In this document: positions 1 to 10,744 of the stretch, piece by piece
How the letters are laid out: each line of letters begins with the position of its first letter
Position numbering within the stretch: position 1 is the first letter of the stretch
Assembly: GCF_023055435.1 (NCBI RefSeq)
Contig: NW_025964279.1
Location: 1,550,001-1,614,000 of the forward strand
Reading direction: 5' to 3'
Source: Haliotis rufescens
Lineage: Eukaryota
DNA length: 64,000 nt
The notes under the pieces: generated by a model
What the model was told of the DNA's origin: nothing
Databases searched by the model: none
The model's input: only the letters and a program-made list of their open reading frames with translations
Made by a program: the position numbers and the translations under genes

Positions 1-125
1 GAAGACCCGGGGTCGATTCCCGACATGGGTACAATGTGTGAAGCCCATTTCTGGTGTCCCCTGTCGTGATATTGCTGGAATATTGCTAAAAGCGGCGTAA
101 AACCATACTCACTTACTCACTCACT
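1..125 (+). mobile_element. SINE family A (tRNA-Asp-like head), cut by window start
   Basis: Degenerate B-box GGTCGATTCC, body matching other A copies, (TCAC)n tail. Confidence 0.9.
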
Positions 126-730
126 TTATGCACTTGTGTTGGAGAATATATAGTTGCACAAACAACACGACGTAATTATCAATGAATATTCATCCCAATA
201 TTCACTCACAACATGAAACATTGCTTTTTCATTTACGAGCAGCTTTTTTTCAATAGTTTCTATGTGTATAAGTCGTTGATGAAATATATGAATATGTAAA
301 AATAAAACTTGTGAGTCTTTTTCGTACGCAGTACATACTTTCCTATTCCTCATATTTAATATTACAATACACAATAACTCATGGGTAAACTCTTTTTGTG
401 GTATGTCTTCCTTAAAAGAGAAATTTTCAAGCATAACAGTATATTTAGAAACATAAAGTTCGACATGATGTTGTTTACAAAAGCACTTGCACATCGATAA
501 AACCTCCATGTAAACTCCTTGAAAACACTTGCAATAGTTTCTTAGCAAGTACATGTAGACATTGCATCAGTATATAGAGCTAAATAAACAAGCTGACCTC
601 ATATTTATCAGATCGTTATACCAAGTTTATCGGATTTGTTTATCGCATCAATAACACTAATGAGTATCCATTAGATGATAACATCAGGTATCAGTTGAAC
701 TAAATCATGTTTAGAAGTTACAAAATTTCA

Positions 731-990
731 GACCCGTGAAGATCCGGGGTAGAATAGGTCATTAGCAACCCATGATTGCCGTAAAAGGCGACTATGCTTG
801 TCGTAAGAGGCGACTAACGGGATCGGGTGGTCAGGCTCGCTGACTTGGTTGATGCATGTCATCGCATCCCAATTGCGTGGATCGATGCTCATGATGTCAA
901 TCACTGGATTGTCTGGTCCAGACTCGATTATTTACAGACCTCCGTCATATAGCTGGAATATTGCTGAGGGCGGCGTTAAACAACAAACAT
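731..990 (+). mobile_element. Short retroposon family C (no Pol III head), full length
   Basis: Starts GACCCGTGAAGATCC, two GTCGTAAGAGGCGAC-type hairpins, shared tail, (AAAC)n. Confidence 0.9.
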
Positions 991-1991
991 TCATTGATAT
1001 AATTTCAATGACAGCAACCTTTTGTTATTCAATGAGTGAGTTTGATTTAACGCCGCTTTAATCAGATCAGAATATCCCTTTGTTCATTATGTAAGGTATA
1101 CGAATGGCACATATGCTTCTTTGAGCCTCAACAACAGTAATTAACCAGTTTCCAAATAGCAACAACCCTTATCCTTATCAAATCTGTCATTCTCAGTCCT
1201 TATATTTCACCAAATAAAGATGTAGGAACAAGAATAAGGACCGTGGTGTGTCATTGACCTGTCTCGTTTCGGGTTAAGACGTTTCCGAACCACGCTTTGC
1301 CCTTTGGATAAGAAATACCATATACGAAGCATCCACAGAGGTGTCTCTGAACGTCTTCATCAGTGTAAGTTCCGAAACATGATGACCATTGCCCCGAGGT
1401 GAGTATAACTGCATGATACAGATAGCTTTCTGTTGCAAGATTACCTCCAACTTATAAGCTTATGGAGGATATGCAGCAATGTTCGTTTTCTCAATGCTTC
1501 CCTTCAAAGTTTAACTGAGTGGAATTTTTGTTGGTTTAGATTGTAGGAAATATTATGTTTGCAGTTGCATCTATTAACATGAAATGGTCATTATTGCACA
1601 TGTTTGAGGGCTAGATTTCCTTTCTGATTATCGGAGACTTGAACACTGAACAGGACTATGCTTTCCTTCCTTGAGATTACCATGATTTGGGATGATTAAG
1701 GGGTATAAATTGAGCACTCATTATTCGAGCGGCATATTGAAAAGGTGTGGGTCATGGGCCAGGGGAATCATTTATTAGCCTTTGTATTTTTACATGGCCG
1801 TTCTCAACGCCATGTTTCAAGACGAATTAGATTCGTTTTCATCACACCGATTCCGTTTGAGACCGACTCTGCTCTGAAAGACCAAGAATTGTGACAACCG
1901 CAAGGAGCAGTACCTGACTCTGACAACGTTAGAACTCCTCAAGCGTCAATACGTATCGTAGCAGGGACCCGTGTGCTTCTCTGTTGTCCTC

Positions 1992-2281
1992 GGGGGCACG
2001 GGTGGCCCAGTCGTCTAAGGCGCCACGATTCGCTATGCAGAGTTGCGTCCCTTTGGGCAATCCAGAAACCTATGATTGTCGGTTCGAATCCCGGTTCTCC
2101 CCGATTATGTTTCTAGGTTTGTCAGCACCATGCCCGTGCTCGTGGGTTTCACCGAAGTAGTAAACGTCTGAGACCTGCATCACTTCGGGCTTTCCTCCAA
2201 CATTAAGCTGACACGCCGCGATATAGCTGGAATACTGTTAAAAGCGGCGTTAAACCCAACTCACTCACTCACTCACTCACT
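1992..2281 (+). mobile_element. SINE family B (tRNA-Leu-like head, V-domain)
   Basis: A-box TGGCCCAGTCG, B-box GGTTCGAATCC, V-like CGTGGGTTTC...TTTCCTCC, (TCAC)n tail. Confidence 0.9.
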
Positions 2282-2519
2282 CTACTGTCATCCGTCCCTA
2301 GAGAGCGTACGGAATTAGAGTTTACATCATTTTTGGATAACCATTACCATTTCTGGTCAATAGCGTGAACGTTGCGGTTTTGCAATGGTGTTAATTTATA
2401 ATATACATATCGTCTTCCTTGTGTCGTGTATTTCTCCTTCTTCGTTTCACCATAAATTACATGTTCACATGAGCCTAATGTTTTATCAGAGCAGTATATG
2501 TGTCCTCGTAAAATGGGGT

Positions 2520-2748
2520 CTGCATGGCCCAGCGCCTCAATTCAGTGTGTAGAGTTGGATATTTTTGTCGTGCAAGAATCCAATGAGCATGGGTTCGAAT
2601 CTCAGATTCACTGACAGTGAGTTTTGCTTTGTCAGTTCCATAGTTTACTCAAGATCGTGGGTTTCACCTCAGTGGTAAACTTCAAGCTGACACGCAGTGA
2701 TATAGCTGTAACACTGCTCAATGCCGTGTTAAACCAAGATCACTCACA
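2520..2748 (+). mobile_element. Old diverged family B-like SINE
   Basis: TGGCCCAG, GGTTCGAATC, CGTGGGTTTCACC and degenerate tail. Confidence 0.65.
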
Positions 2749-2984
2749 TACACATACGAAAGAAGGATCACCGATGACAAGATCTATTCGTACAATAAAA
2801 CCAGATTTGCAATATCGAAAGCGCACAATATTTACGTGATACATTTACGCTTTTGGAAATGTGGTAGCTTTGTCAGCATAACCACAGTAAATCCACAGTG
2901 TAGATTCCAGTCCAGATTTGTTTTGGTTAGCAATGTGAGTGAATGTTGTTTAACGACTCAGCCATGAGTATTCCAAACCAAATC

Positions 2985-3087
2985 ACTGATGCTTGTTCAT
3001 CGATCCCAATTGCGTGGGTCGATGCTCATGATATTAATCACTGGATTAGCTGGAATATTCCTTAGTGTGGCAACAAACCAACCAACC
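2985..3087 (+). mobile_element. Family C fragment
   Basis: CATCGATCCCAATTGCGTGGGTCGATGCTCATGA plus tail. Confidence 0.75.
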
Positions 3088-3630
3088 GACACTGATGCCT
3101 GTAAATATATCTGGAACAGACCAACCAGTGTGCTATTCTGAGCAACATCTTGGTACGCTAACACGCAATAACGAACACACCAAGATGGTACACTGGCATT
3201 AATAGCATATAAGGTAATGTATTAACCACACAGCCGTGAATACAGATTATACATTTATGAAATAAAAAGGAGGCATGAGTTGCGCCCCTTAGTTGTGCCA
3301 GGATTTACCCATATTCTGATCCTTAATCTGTCAGTACCTTCTTGTTGTTTGTTCTTGACACCAAAAGCCGCAACACGTCTACGACTGACAGGCTTTAATC
3401 CACATTAAGCTAGCATGTCCTGATATCACCGATTATCGTATTCAAACAAAAGTGACAAAATGATCCGTGGTGGGAATTAAATTATGATGAAAATCGGTAC
3501 ACATGGGGTCCACCTACACCTTTAAATAAAAGCCACTAAACCCTTTCCCTAGCCACAAAACATATCTGCAAAAAGCAGAGTTCATTATACGCTTCAGATC
3601 ATGTGTTGATCAAATAGTGATGATATGAAA

Positions 3631-3692
3631 TAGTGATGATACCAGGTGTTCGCGAAAAGGTGAGCGAATCCTGCCCCACTGGTGTCACCTGT
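3631..3692 (-). mobile_element. Penelope-like (Naiad-type) 3' tail core
   Basis: Reverse complement reads GGTGACACCAGTGGGGCAGGATTCGCTCACCTTTTCGCGAACACCTGGTATCAT. Confidence 0.7.
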
Positions 3693-4151
3693 ACCGGAAC
3701 TATAACGTTTAATGCAAAACCACACATTAGGCGTGTTACGTTTCGTTTATTCGCCTTGGGTGCGTTTCGGAAAACGATTTCTTTCCTCGGTAAATCAGTA
3801 ATACAATAATGCTTGTGGAAGCGATAACTATAATCGAACGTTATCCTTGACTTTCAATATCCCCTTGGGATGCATAGACGGGGAAAGTGAAGTCTGCATC
3901 CTGTGATGAACTCCTTACATCTGATGACCCTCCTACGGGACATGCGTAGTTCTAAGTGGAGAAACGTGTTAATTAATTGCAATCTACAATCCTTCCTCAG
4001 TAGACTTCTCTGGGGAGTGAGATCAAAGCCACTTGAATCCAAGACATATACAACCACCTTCACTCAAGACAGCCGCTGACTCAAGACACCGACAGCAATC
4101 TGACATGACTATTTGGAAAAATATGCCTTAATTACATAAGCTCCCTAAAGG

Positions 4152-4471
4152 TGAGGTGAGGTAAAATTGGGTTTTACGTTGCGTCCAAGATTATTGCACT
4201 TGCGTGTGGGTGTGGCGGCTTGGACTCGTTCGGACTGATGCCGATTTATAGTGCTAGCCCACTGAGAAACCATGCCGCAGTTTAACATAAATACCCTACT
4301 CAGACACAGTATACTGACTCTGAGCCGACCAGTCCTTGTTTTAGCCCCTTAATGCCTAGCGCCAGACAGGGTAACAACAAGTACCATCTTTTAACGTCTT
4401 TTGGTATGACGCGGCCGGGCCGGGGATCGAACCCCGGACCTTCCGCTCTACCACTAGACCACGGGGCGGTC
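4152..4471 (-). mobile_element. SINE family D (tRNA head + Meta/MESC domain), internal deletions
   Basis: GTCATACCAAAAGACGTTAAAAGATGGTACTTGTTG core on minus strand, (CACCT)n tail, 12-bp TSD GCTC[C/T]CTAAAGG. Confidence 0.9.
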
Positions 4472-4992
4472 GCTCTCTAAAGGAGTGAAAAAGGAAATAT
4501 ACACCAATGATACAGAGAATCCATCGGCGCATTCAGCAGCAACAACAAGAACAACCAATTCTCATCCTTGGCACATAAGAATCCATGTGTATGACCTGAA
4601 TGCCATGGTTTATACGTTATCAGCTTGGAATATCATAGCTAGCTGGGGGCACCGGAGTAACGTACTTAGAGTCTGGAGGACATGGGCTCCTTTTGACCAG
4701 AACAATCGCCCCAAGCTCGAAACGTTCTACCCACAACGTTGATTTCTGAGTTTGAGCTGCTTGCTTCGTGTCAGATAGTGCATGTTGTAATGAACAATTA
4801 TAGATTTATATGTGGTCAGTGCCTGTATTCATGACCCGAACAAATAAATAATGACTGAGGACCAAGGTCGAGGTCGATATTGCTTTAAAGTGTCTATAAA
4901 AACGTGTATTGACCTCACATAAAGTCTGTTTGGTTTAATATATAATAAAGAGACAAAAGCAGATTCACATATCAAACTATGCCAGCCACAAA

Positions 4993-5256
4993 AGTCTGTC
5001 TTTTTGTTGTTTGGGATCGCACTCAGCAATGTTCCAGCTATATGACGGCGGTCTGTAAATAATCGAGTCTGGACCAGACAATCCAGTTATTGACTTCATG
5101 AGCATTGATCTACGCCACTAGGATACGATGACATGCATCAACCAAGTCAACGAGCCTGTCCACCCGATCCCGTTAGTCGCCTCTTACTTCAGGCACAGTC
5201 GCATTTTACGGCAGGCATGGTTTAGTGAATACCTATTCAATCCGGATCTTCACGGA
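4993..5256 (-). mobile_element. Family C, full length, diverged
   Basis: Reverse complement of the C consensus, starting CCGTGAAGATCC; flanking AGCCACAA repeat. Confidence 0.85.
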
Positions 5257-6009
5257 GCAAGCCACAATAACTTGGGAGGTTTAACAAACGGAGACATCTG
5301 ATTGGATAAAAGATACCACAAATGGAATATTACATACAATGTACGTTTTTTTTAAAAGGTAAATCCCTGTAGATGTATATTGCCGTTGTGACATATATTC
5401 ATAGATTCATAAAGAAAACAATCGAGTCACATCTTAGTGGGGCATAAAGAAGAAGGAAAGATTTCCAAGATTATACAAAAACACACAAATACCAAACATG
5501 TAGGTAACCTTTAAGTGTAAGTCTTACAGAAGCAACGATCATGTTTCAAAAGGATCGTCATGTTTCCAATTTCCGATGTCTTTTTATCGTCATTCATGAC
5601 GCATGAACTAAAGGCCAAACGTATTGTGAGCTGACAGAAGTGAGAACTGGATGCGGGTATTTGTCTCCCCGCTGCTCATAACTGCCAGTTAAATTGAATG
5701 TCTATGATTTTATGTCAAAGGTGTTCTTTTATATCAACATGTTCATGGGGCAGAATAAAGGAAAATGAAACAGTTGAAGGTTTCTCGGCCCTTTGAACAA
5801 AATGTCTCCAACGTTTCATGTTTTTCTAAAGTGCAAAATAAAAATGAAATCCGATTATGACACAGAGTGATCAGAAATTATCCGATTGTGTTTCCCTGCG
5901 TCCAAACGACCTTTATCATTGCTGTCAACCCGTGGTTTGTCTTGTCAAGATTTGATTACAATCCTCCTTGATATTGTGGTAATGTGTTTTGCTGACAATA
6001 TTCACTGAC

Positions 6010-6405
6010 TAATTAACTAACGTTTTCATATAAAACGCCCACGCCAGAGAGTTAGTCGTGTCGCTTTTCCGCCGCAACAGATTCGGTTGGGAGAAAAAGG
6101 CAAAATAACGTGGTAATTGTATGAATGGATCACTGAAAATCAGTGAGTAATCCAGGTGTTCGCGAAAAAGGTAAGCATGTCTTGCCCTACCGGCAGTACC
6201 CACCACTCACACAATGTCCATACAAAGTATGTGTTTGGTTGATGTCTGACGCCGCACATCAGTACTGAAATATAAGCGACCAAACCTTTCCATATTCATA
6301 AGATATATCTGCCAAACGAAGTCGATTGTATTATTCCGACTGTACCATTAGCATGTGTTAATGAATCACTATCAAATAGTGATGAAACAAGGTGTTCGCG
6401 AAAGG
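6010..6405 (-). mobile_element. Two Penelope-like tail fragments (subtype B 6010-6205; subtype A 6262-6405)
   Basis: Both contain GGTGTTCGCGAAA; flanks align with 9011-9160 and 14985-15085 respectively. Confidence 0.65.
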
Positions 6406-6499
6406 CATTGCTGTTTATATTGTTTCCGTTGGCTTATGAGTATATATTAAGTTTCTGACGGAAAATATGTCATCCTTGAAGATACATGATGTATCGTCT

Positions 6500-6826
6500 C
6501 GGTGAGTCTGGTTTCAGCACGTTTCACTGATGAATCGAGATGCTGTCCGTACTTCACAGATCGTGGTGCCCAAGTGTGGCGTAGATCGAAGCTCAATCAT
6601 GATTTGGGGTTGGTTCAGACCTCAACCCTATCGAACACATGTGGGACGAGCTGCAGATGGCCCTCTCATGACTCACCGTCCTTCCGGCAACTCCACAGGA
6701 ACTCGGTAATGCTCTTACCGAAGAATGGAAGTTCTTCCCTCGGCAACTGTCCAGACACATATTGGGAGCCTTGGATGACAGTGCCAGGCTGCGAACGCCA
6801 CACCTGGATCACATACGCGCTACTGA
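6500..6826 (+). mobile_element. Tc1/mariner transposase C-terminal relic
   Basis: Translates DLNPIEHMWDEL (Tc1 SPDLNPIE motif), ALTEEW, and ends TRY-stop; frameshifted. Confidence 0.85.
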
Positions 6827-7234
6827 GAGTTGATTTGTGTGACAATTAATTTGTTATTGTGAATTTGTGAAGTTTCCGTTCTGGTCAGATACTCTCATTT
6901 TGACGGGTCTGACTGATTATTGGTCACATGTAGTTTGTTTGAATTGTGTGGCACCAACAACGGACTCTTGTTGATTAAACATCACTTCACGCAGTTGTAT
7001 TTGGTGATTTCAACAGATGCACACACTTTGACGTGTTACCTTTCAAAGTTGTGATCATTAGCATACTTGAAGTCGTATATTTGCTCAAGAAGTTCGTCAT
7101 GATCAAATCCGCATTTTCAACCTTTTGGGCCATTAACCCGTACTTGGTGGGTCTATGCATTTGCTCAAAAGTTGTGTGATCAGGGTAACACCATTCTAGG
7201 CCATTTTCAAATTTGGCGCTTCAGTGCCAAAAGT

Positions 7235-7590
7235 GATTCCGATGCAATTCCCAATTTTGACTTGTACCATATGTTCCCGTGTTAGTTCAGGGGAACTCTT
7301 GCCTTGCCTTTGCATGTGTTTGTGATGGGTGTCACCGGTGGGGCAGGCTACGCAAAAACAAAGTCACTGTGACATTTTTCTGCAAAACTTATAAATATTT
7401 TCTTCCTGGTTCTAGCGATAGGCGGTCACAATATTCTACAGTCAAGATAATTTATCAGCCACATATCTAGAGAGACGAGCGTAATTATTCATCTCTTATT
7501 TTTTAATATTACAACATGCACTGTATGGGTTAGGATATGCCCACCTTTTAGCGATCGCCTGTTTCCATCACTACTTGACAGTGATTCAGT
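7235..7590 (+). mobile_element. Penelope-like tail interrupted by an unclassified ~175 bp repeat
   Basis: TTGCCTTTGCATGTGTTTGTGATGGGTG... up to 7352; tail resumes ~7530; the insert matches the reverse complement of 44270-44450. Confidence 0.6.
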
Positions 7591-7762
7591 GATTGATATC
7601 ATGAGCATCGATCCACGAAATTGGCATCGATGACATGCATCAACCAAGTCAGCGAGCCTGACCACCCGATCCCGTTAGTCGCCTTTTACGACAAGCATAG
7701 TCACCTTTTACGGCAAGCATGGGTTGCTGAAGACCTATTCCGCCCCGGAATCTTCACGGGTC
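7588..7762 (-). mobile_element. Family C, 5' part
   Basis: Reverse complement starts GACCCGTGAAGATTCCGGGG; two hairpin units. Confidence 0.85.
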
Positions 7763-8265
7763 AGACATATAAGGGCAAAGAGCAATAACTAACTTTTGAA
7801 ATTGTTGTGCCAATGCAATTATCACTTTACTGTTGTTTTGGCATGACATTCATGGTCGTATCTTATTTCGTGTCGACCATGACGCCATATTACTGCATTG
7901 TGCCCTGCAATACAAATTGTGTGATCATTGCAAAATATATACAAAGCGCTGTACTAAAAGCAACCATACGGTTTACAATACCAACAGATCTTTAGGAATA
8001 ATAATATATGGAGAATATACAAATATATGGAGAATATACAAATATAATATCATTTCGGAAACTAAGTCATATCTGTCTGTAGCGGGCTGAATTAAAGGTC
8101 GAGCTCGTGGTCTCAGGTGCAGCTACGTGTTGTGAGCTGTTACTTCTGCTGAAAGTGGCCTTGAATATGAATAAAAGCGACAAAGCCATTTCCTTATCAA
8201 TAATCATCAATCGGTTGTATGATTCAGACTATATCGTGTGTTTATGAATCATTCGTTAAGATACC

Positions 8266-8428
8266 GGGCGGTCGGGTAGCCTAGTGGTTAAAGCGTTCGC
8301 TCGTCACGCCAAAGACCCGGGTTCGAATCCCGACATGGGTACAATGTGTGAAGCCCATTTCTGGTGTCCCCCGCCGTGATATTGCTGGAATATTGCTAAA
8401 AGCGGCGTAAATCAAACTCACTCACTCA
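8266..8428 (+). mobile_element. SINE family A, full length
   Basis: A/B boxes, GTCACGC anticodon-like arm, perfect 12-bp TSD CGTTAAGATACC; inserted in a Penelope-like tail. Confidence 0.95.
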
Positions 8429-8440
8429 CGTTAAGATACC

Positions 8441-8801
8441 AGGTGTGCGTGTCCTTCACCACCGGTGGCGTCCGTCACAAACACATGCAAAGGCAAATCA
8501 AATGTTCCCCTGAACAAACACGGGTCAAAATAGGGAAGTGCATCGGACATTATTTTGCTCACTGATGCGCCAAATTTGGAAATGTTCTCAAATGTCTTCC
8601 AGTTTTACTGAGGCCATGGACACAGATATTCTGATTAAACAACTTTTTAGCAAGAGTGGTAAGACGCTCGATGAAATTTTCGTAGAATGAGCATTCTAGA
8701 TTGTACCTTAGGAGTGGCGGAATGTAGATACCAAAGGCTGGAGTTCCTGGAATGTTGCCCTCCATAAAGGGAAATTGGGCAATTTGAAAGCTGAAATCCC
8801 T
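8441..8801 (-). mobile_element. Penelope-like retroelement relic: RT thumb plus 3' tail
   Basis: DFSFQIAQFPFMEGNIPGTPAFGIYIPPLLRY..C.FYENF..L.KKLFNQ matches the invertebrate PLE RT C-terminus (DFNFxIVNFPF..NIP..PAYGVYISQLIRY). The ORF stops at 8559 and runs into the tail motif, with no C-terminal GIY-YIG. Confidence 0.8.
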
Positions 8802-9010
8802 GAAGATGATCCCTGGTTGGTCAGTGCGAAAGTGGCTTGCGTATACAACATGGGTAACTTTGATCATTCCAGCGACATGAACCTGACACGTCGTGAAATA
8901 TTGCCAAAATTAACGTTAAACCACCATTGTCATAGGTTCACGGATTGAATATTCTTTCCCAGTATCCCGTATTCGTTGAGTAACTATATTTCTTAATGCA
9001 AATTGTGTAA

Positions 9011-9160
9011 GCGGCAGGACATGCTTACCGTTTTCGGAAACATTAGGTGTCATTACCGATTTTCAGTGACCCATTTCTTTAATGTTCACAACTGTTTCCC
9101 CCTTTGGAATTTGTTTCAGTGGAAAATCGAGACTTAATTCTCTGGCGTTGACGTTTTATA
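9011..9160 (+). mobile_element. Penelope-like tail, subtype B, degenerate
   Basis: GCAGGACATGCTTACCGTTTTCGGAAACA; downstream sequence aligns with 6010-6150 and 13530-13650 (reverse). Confidence 0.55.
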
Positions 9161-9595
9161 AACTAAGTAAATATTTTATATACAACTGACTATATAGATC
9201 TGGTTTATTGCTGCAACTCCATCAAAAATATAAATCACAATGTAAGTTCATGTATTGCAATAGTAATGCGATAATTTGCAGGGAATCTGTATCGTCCAAC
9301 AACGAAGATGTTCTTTCATTATTCCACATGATTACAAAGCCTGAAATGCATGTCTAACAGGTCCTAGGTCGGCATATTGATAGGTTTTGAGAGTTATGAA
9401 GGCTGATAACTCCAATTATTGTCTGAAAAACATGTATGTATTTCTTGAATGAATAACAACACGTCTCTTCGAGCAACGTATATTTTGGATAAAAACTAAC
9501 GATAAAATTATTGTTTAAATACATATTAATGTTATTATTTTTTTTGGTACTGTCGATAATTTAGAGCGGATCATTAAAGTCCGATTCTCGGTATA

Positions 9596-9893
9596 TGAGT
9601 GAGTGAGTGAGTGTGTGAGTGAGCGAGTGTGCGAGTGTGCGAGTGTGCGAGTGTGCGAGTTGGGTTAAACGACGCTTTGAAGAGTATTCCAGTTATATCA
9701 CAATGTGCCATCTTAAAGTGGGAGGAAAGCACGAAGTGATGCAGGTCTCAGACGTTTACCACTTCGGTGAAACACACAAGCACGAGTAAGGTGCTGACAA
9801 TCCTAGAAACATAATCGTGGCCAATCAGGATTCGAACCCACAATCATAGGTTTCTCTGCACAGCGAATTGTGGCGCCTTAGACGACTGGTCCC
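9596..9893 (-). mobile_element. SINE family B with compound microsatellite tail
   Basis: Reverse complement of B consensus with a head deletion; tail (GAGT)n changing to (GAGTGTGC)n. Confidence 0.88.
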
Positions 9894-10744
9894 TGGGTCA
9901 TCATGTTCCACCCTGTATCTGAGGCCCTGTGACGGTTTAGGATAGGTTTCAGTCTATTCACCTGAATAATTATATAATGTATTCCAAAGCTCCCTCTCGA
10001 TAAGCAAACATCTTCAAATGACCCTGTCCAGTTATGAGGATCAAATTAGGTTGGATAATTGTTACTTTCTGCATATGCATCTTTAATAAACAATAAATAA
10101 TACCCACAAACGCTTGTTTTTCAACCGAAATGATGAAGTTCTAATCTATTGTTGCAGCCGCATACTCGTATCGATTTAAAAGACCTTGACCAGAAAACCT
10201 TATCCGTATTACGAAACAAGCAAGACAGATACGTTCATGTCAGTGTCAAAGCTTTTTTGGCAGTAATGGGGAAATGTCCGTTATTACAAAATCTCGGTTA
10301 ATATGTAATGAAATGCGTAAAATGCAAAAAACGTAATAAAATGTGCAATAAATCACGATGTCCCTTCTCTTGTTTAATGACAAGGTCAGTTTATTCCACG
10401 ACCTCTGGATTTGTATGGGGGCCTTGCTGTGCCATCATGAATAATACTTGTTTCATTTCTCGTATGATTTATATTACGTTTCTTGCTTTCAGAATGCGTT
10501 AGGCGATATCGTATACACATGATATATCAAGGGATATATTTCCTGTACGCTGTATAGATATATTTTACACACGTGTTCTTTGATGATATCGACGTGTTAA
10601 ACGATTTGTATTGTCGTCGCTGTTGCCGCACTCAGCAATATTCCTGCTATATGATGGCGTCTTGTAACTTAACGATTATGGACCAGACAATCCAGTGTTT
10701 GATATTATGAGCAACGATCCTACGATAGACACTCAAGTCATCCA

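Noticed and set aside
126-554. Longest ORF in the track (142 aa, minus strand)
   Set aside because: No recognisable motif, AT-rich random-like composition and no splice context. One ORF of this size is plausible by chance in 64 kb over six frames.
849-1061. Recurrent MVRLADLVDACHRSQ / GLSGPDSIIYRPPSYSWN peptides
   Set aside because: Incidental translations of family C; frames differ among copies.
8270-8340. tRNA-Asp-like sequence (and other tRNA-like heads) as tRNA genes
   Set aside because: Always fused to a SINE body, tail and TSD; acceptor and anticodon stems are imperfect.
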